64,000 bases of DNA from Octopus vulgaris. Its lineage: Eukaryota. Location: NCBI GenBank assembly GCA_951406725.2, contig OX597818.1, forward strand, positions 42,408,001 to 42,472,000, written 5' to 3'. Position numbers and translations under genes: made by a program. Shown piece after piece: positions 61,645-64,000 of this stretch. The notes beneath the pieces were generated by a model, which was not told the origin of the DNA, made no database searches, and saw only the letters and a program-made list of their open reading frames with translations. Within the stretch, counting starts at the first letter, position 1; each line of letters opens with the position of its first letter.

Positions 61645-63480
61645 TGTGGTGTGTTGGGGGTGTGTGCATGTGTTTCATTCTAGTTTCCTATTCAGGCTAG
61701 GTTTATCTTCTATCATGTGTGTAGCTTCTGTAATTTGTCTAAGCGTTGCGTCTGTTCTATGTGTGGACAAGATTTCAACTTTTATGTTGTTGAACTAACC
61801 CTGATAGCTGCCCCCTCATCAGGATGAGGGGGCAGCCATCGGGGTTAGTATCACCGGTGATGTGGCCAACTTTTTCATGGTATGGTGGGACAGTAGGCTT
61901 AAAAAATGCCTGACACAGAACTCCATACTCATGAACATGTACTCTCGCTATGTCGATGATATCAACATAGTGGTAAAGGCTCCCCCACAAGAGAGTACTT
62001 TTGAAATAGAAATAGAAACTAATACTATGGAGAGCACCCAGCAAATAGCTAACTCCATCCACCAGAGTATTAAGGTCACGATAGACTACCCTACGAAACA
62101 CCCACTATAGACTACCACTACTAGATACAGAACTCTGGCTGGAAGATGTGAATAATAAAACCCAGATCCTTCATTCACACTATGCCAAACCTATGACCTC
62201 CAAATACCTGATCTTCCGGAACTCAGCTATCGCAGACAATTCCAAATTCAGTATATTGATGGCAGACCTCATCAGAGTAATGAGAAATGTGTCTCGCATG
62301 TGTGACCCTACAGAGTTAAAGAGACACATACAACATTTCGTTCACCGCATGCAGTTCTCAGGATACAGCCATAAAGAAAAGGCCAGAGTATACAAAGGAG
62401 CCATGAAGAAATTTGAAAATATCATACGTAACAATAGGAATGGGATTTTCCCACTCTATAGGAGCGTATCATGGAACACCATTGAAAGGACTTAGAAGAA
62501 AATAGGGAAGACCAACTCATGGTATGATAGCCACAAATATCAAAGTGTCATGTTCGTCGACACCACCCCTAGAGGCAAACTGGCGTACTGCTTTAGAAGG
62601 GCCCTAGACAAACTTAAGCGAAGAATTAAGGTTGTTGAAAGGCCAGGCAACCCTATCAAATCCCTAATCAGTAGAACCTACCCTTTTAGTAGAACCCCCT
62701 GTACTGTATATAGATTTAATCCACAAACAAACTGTAAAGCCAGGAATGTAGTCTATAGTATAAGATGTACAGAGGGATGGTGTAGTAACATGACAATGAC
62801 GTATGTAGGAGAAACAGCACGGAGCATAGGAGAGGGGGTAAATGAGCATTGGAGGGAACTTAAGGAAGAGAACTCATCGGTTCTGTACCAGCATGCTGAG
62901 CAGGAACACGGGGGTTCGCTCAACAACATAGAAGTTAAAATCTTGTCCACACATAGAACAGATGCAACACTTAGATAAATTACAGAAGCTATACTCATAA
63001 TAGAAGATAAACCTAGCCTGAATAGGAAACTAGAACGAAACACTAGCACACACACCCAATATACCACAAACTATGACAGAATAAGATCCCCATAAACTGA
63101 TAACAATATGAATATAATATAATACAATACACAGATAAATAAAAGGAATTAAATAACTATATACATTAACAAAATAAATTAAATTAAATACAAAAAAAAC
63201 AGAAAAAATAAAGAAAGGAAAAAATAAGTAGATATAAATAAATGAACAAAATAAATAAAAACAAACTAAACGAACATGTATAAACAGGAGAAATGATAAT
63301 ACAGGCACATTCCCACACACACGCACACTTACAAAACATAGACATACAAAAAAGAAAGAAGAAAGCAAAGGACCACTGATGAGGTCACAGATGTGTGACG
63401 AAAGAACTCTGGCCAAAATACAATTAATATAAAATAAAGTTGAAGCAAGTGAACACCAAATATAGAGTGCATACATTTTC
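61645..63480 (+). mobile_element. 5'-truncated Penelope-like retroelement (Naiad-type features) with inverted 3' copy at its 5' end
   Basis: RT: TGDVANFFMVWWD, RYVDD, YAKPM, RMQFSGY. GIY-YIG: VVYSIRC...C...YVGET...H...HAEQEH. Stops and frameshifts present. 61645-61793 is an inverted copy of ~62920-63068. Confidence 0.9.
63370..63414 (+). ncRNA. Minimal type I hammerhead ribozyme in the Penelope 3' region
   Basis: GGACCA-CTGATGA-G-GTCACA gatg TGTGAC-GAAA-G aa CTC^TGGCC. Confidence 0.8.
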
Positions 63481-63522
63481 ATTGGCTAAACTGGCAACAT
63501 GATCATCCCCAAATACAACAAT

Positions 63523-63587
<65 letters not shown>

Positions 63588-63686
63588 ACCCTCCTTCTTC
63601 CCTTCTTTCCTGAGCGTCCAATAATACTTTACTTGTTCCACGTCCTTGCGTTGTTGTGTTCTTTTGTTTTCTTGTTTGGATTAACT

Positions 63687-63721
<35 letters not shown>

Positions 63722-64000
63722 GTATATATATGTAGATAGATAGATAGATAGGTAGATAGATACATACATATTTACATATAGACACACTTCCCTCTCCCTC
63801 TCACTCTCACGCTCTCTCTCTCTCAGGCTCTCTCTCTCTCTCTGCCCTTTTCATGTCTTTCTGTCTTGGCTGCTATTTCCTGCAGTCAAATTGGCCTTTT
63901 AACTTATCCACAGTGCACCCACCCAGTTTAAAGCCTCATCACCTATTCTGAAAATCTCTTAAGAATGCAAATAAAAGTACAAATAAAAATAAGGAATGGA

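Noticed and set aside
62976-63120. Selenocysteine read-through/SECIS as in some Naiad elements
   Set aside because: The interrupting stop is TAA (CAA in the inverted copy), not TGA, and no SECIS stem could be folded

Overview
AT-rich, repeat-dense eukaryotic DNA. The tRNA-derived SINEs, RTE-type (ATG)n-tailed elements and long introns suggest an octopus/cephalopod genome (inference). Three protein-coding genes are supported. (1) The 3' part of RPS24 (+; exons 6305-6514 and 6699-6809, with three candidate alternative C-terminal exons). (2) An intronless AKAP7-like 2H phosphoesterase (-, 19250-21106) ending in an unusual polybasic-CCIM lipid-anchor motif. (3) A 10-exon cyclin B3 gene (+, 27892-45444, ~420 aa). 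The sequence upstream of RPS24 exon 6305, presumably intron, holds a tandemly amplified cluster of box H/ACA snoRNA-like genes. Five near-identical copies have a 3' pocket matching 28S rRNA GCGAA-U-G-AUUAGA (the yeast snR5 / human SNORA52 site), two paralogs are diverged, and there are further candidates. Mobile elements include a 2.96-kb foldback DNA transposon with a 9-bp TSD and the same retroelement mirrored in both arms, a related MITE, hAT/piggyBac/mariner MITEs, two non-autonomous Helitrons, a solo LTR, Tigger/mariner/LINE relics, and Penelope-like retroelements with a hammerhead ribozyme and a fold-back 5' junction. All calls were made by eye; coordinates of degenerate repeats are approximate.
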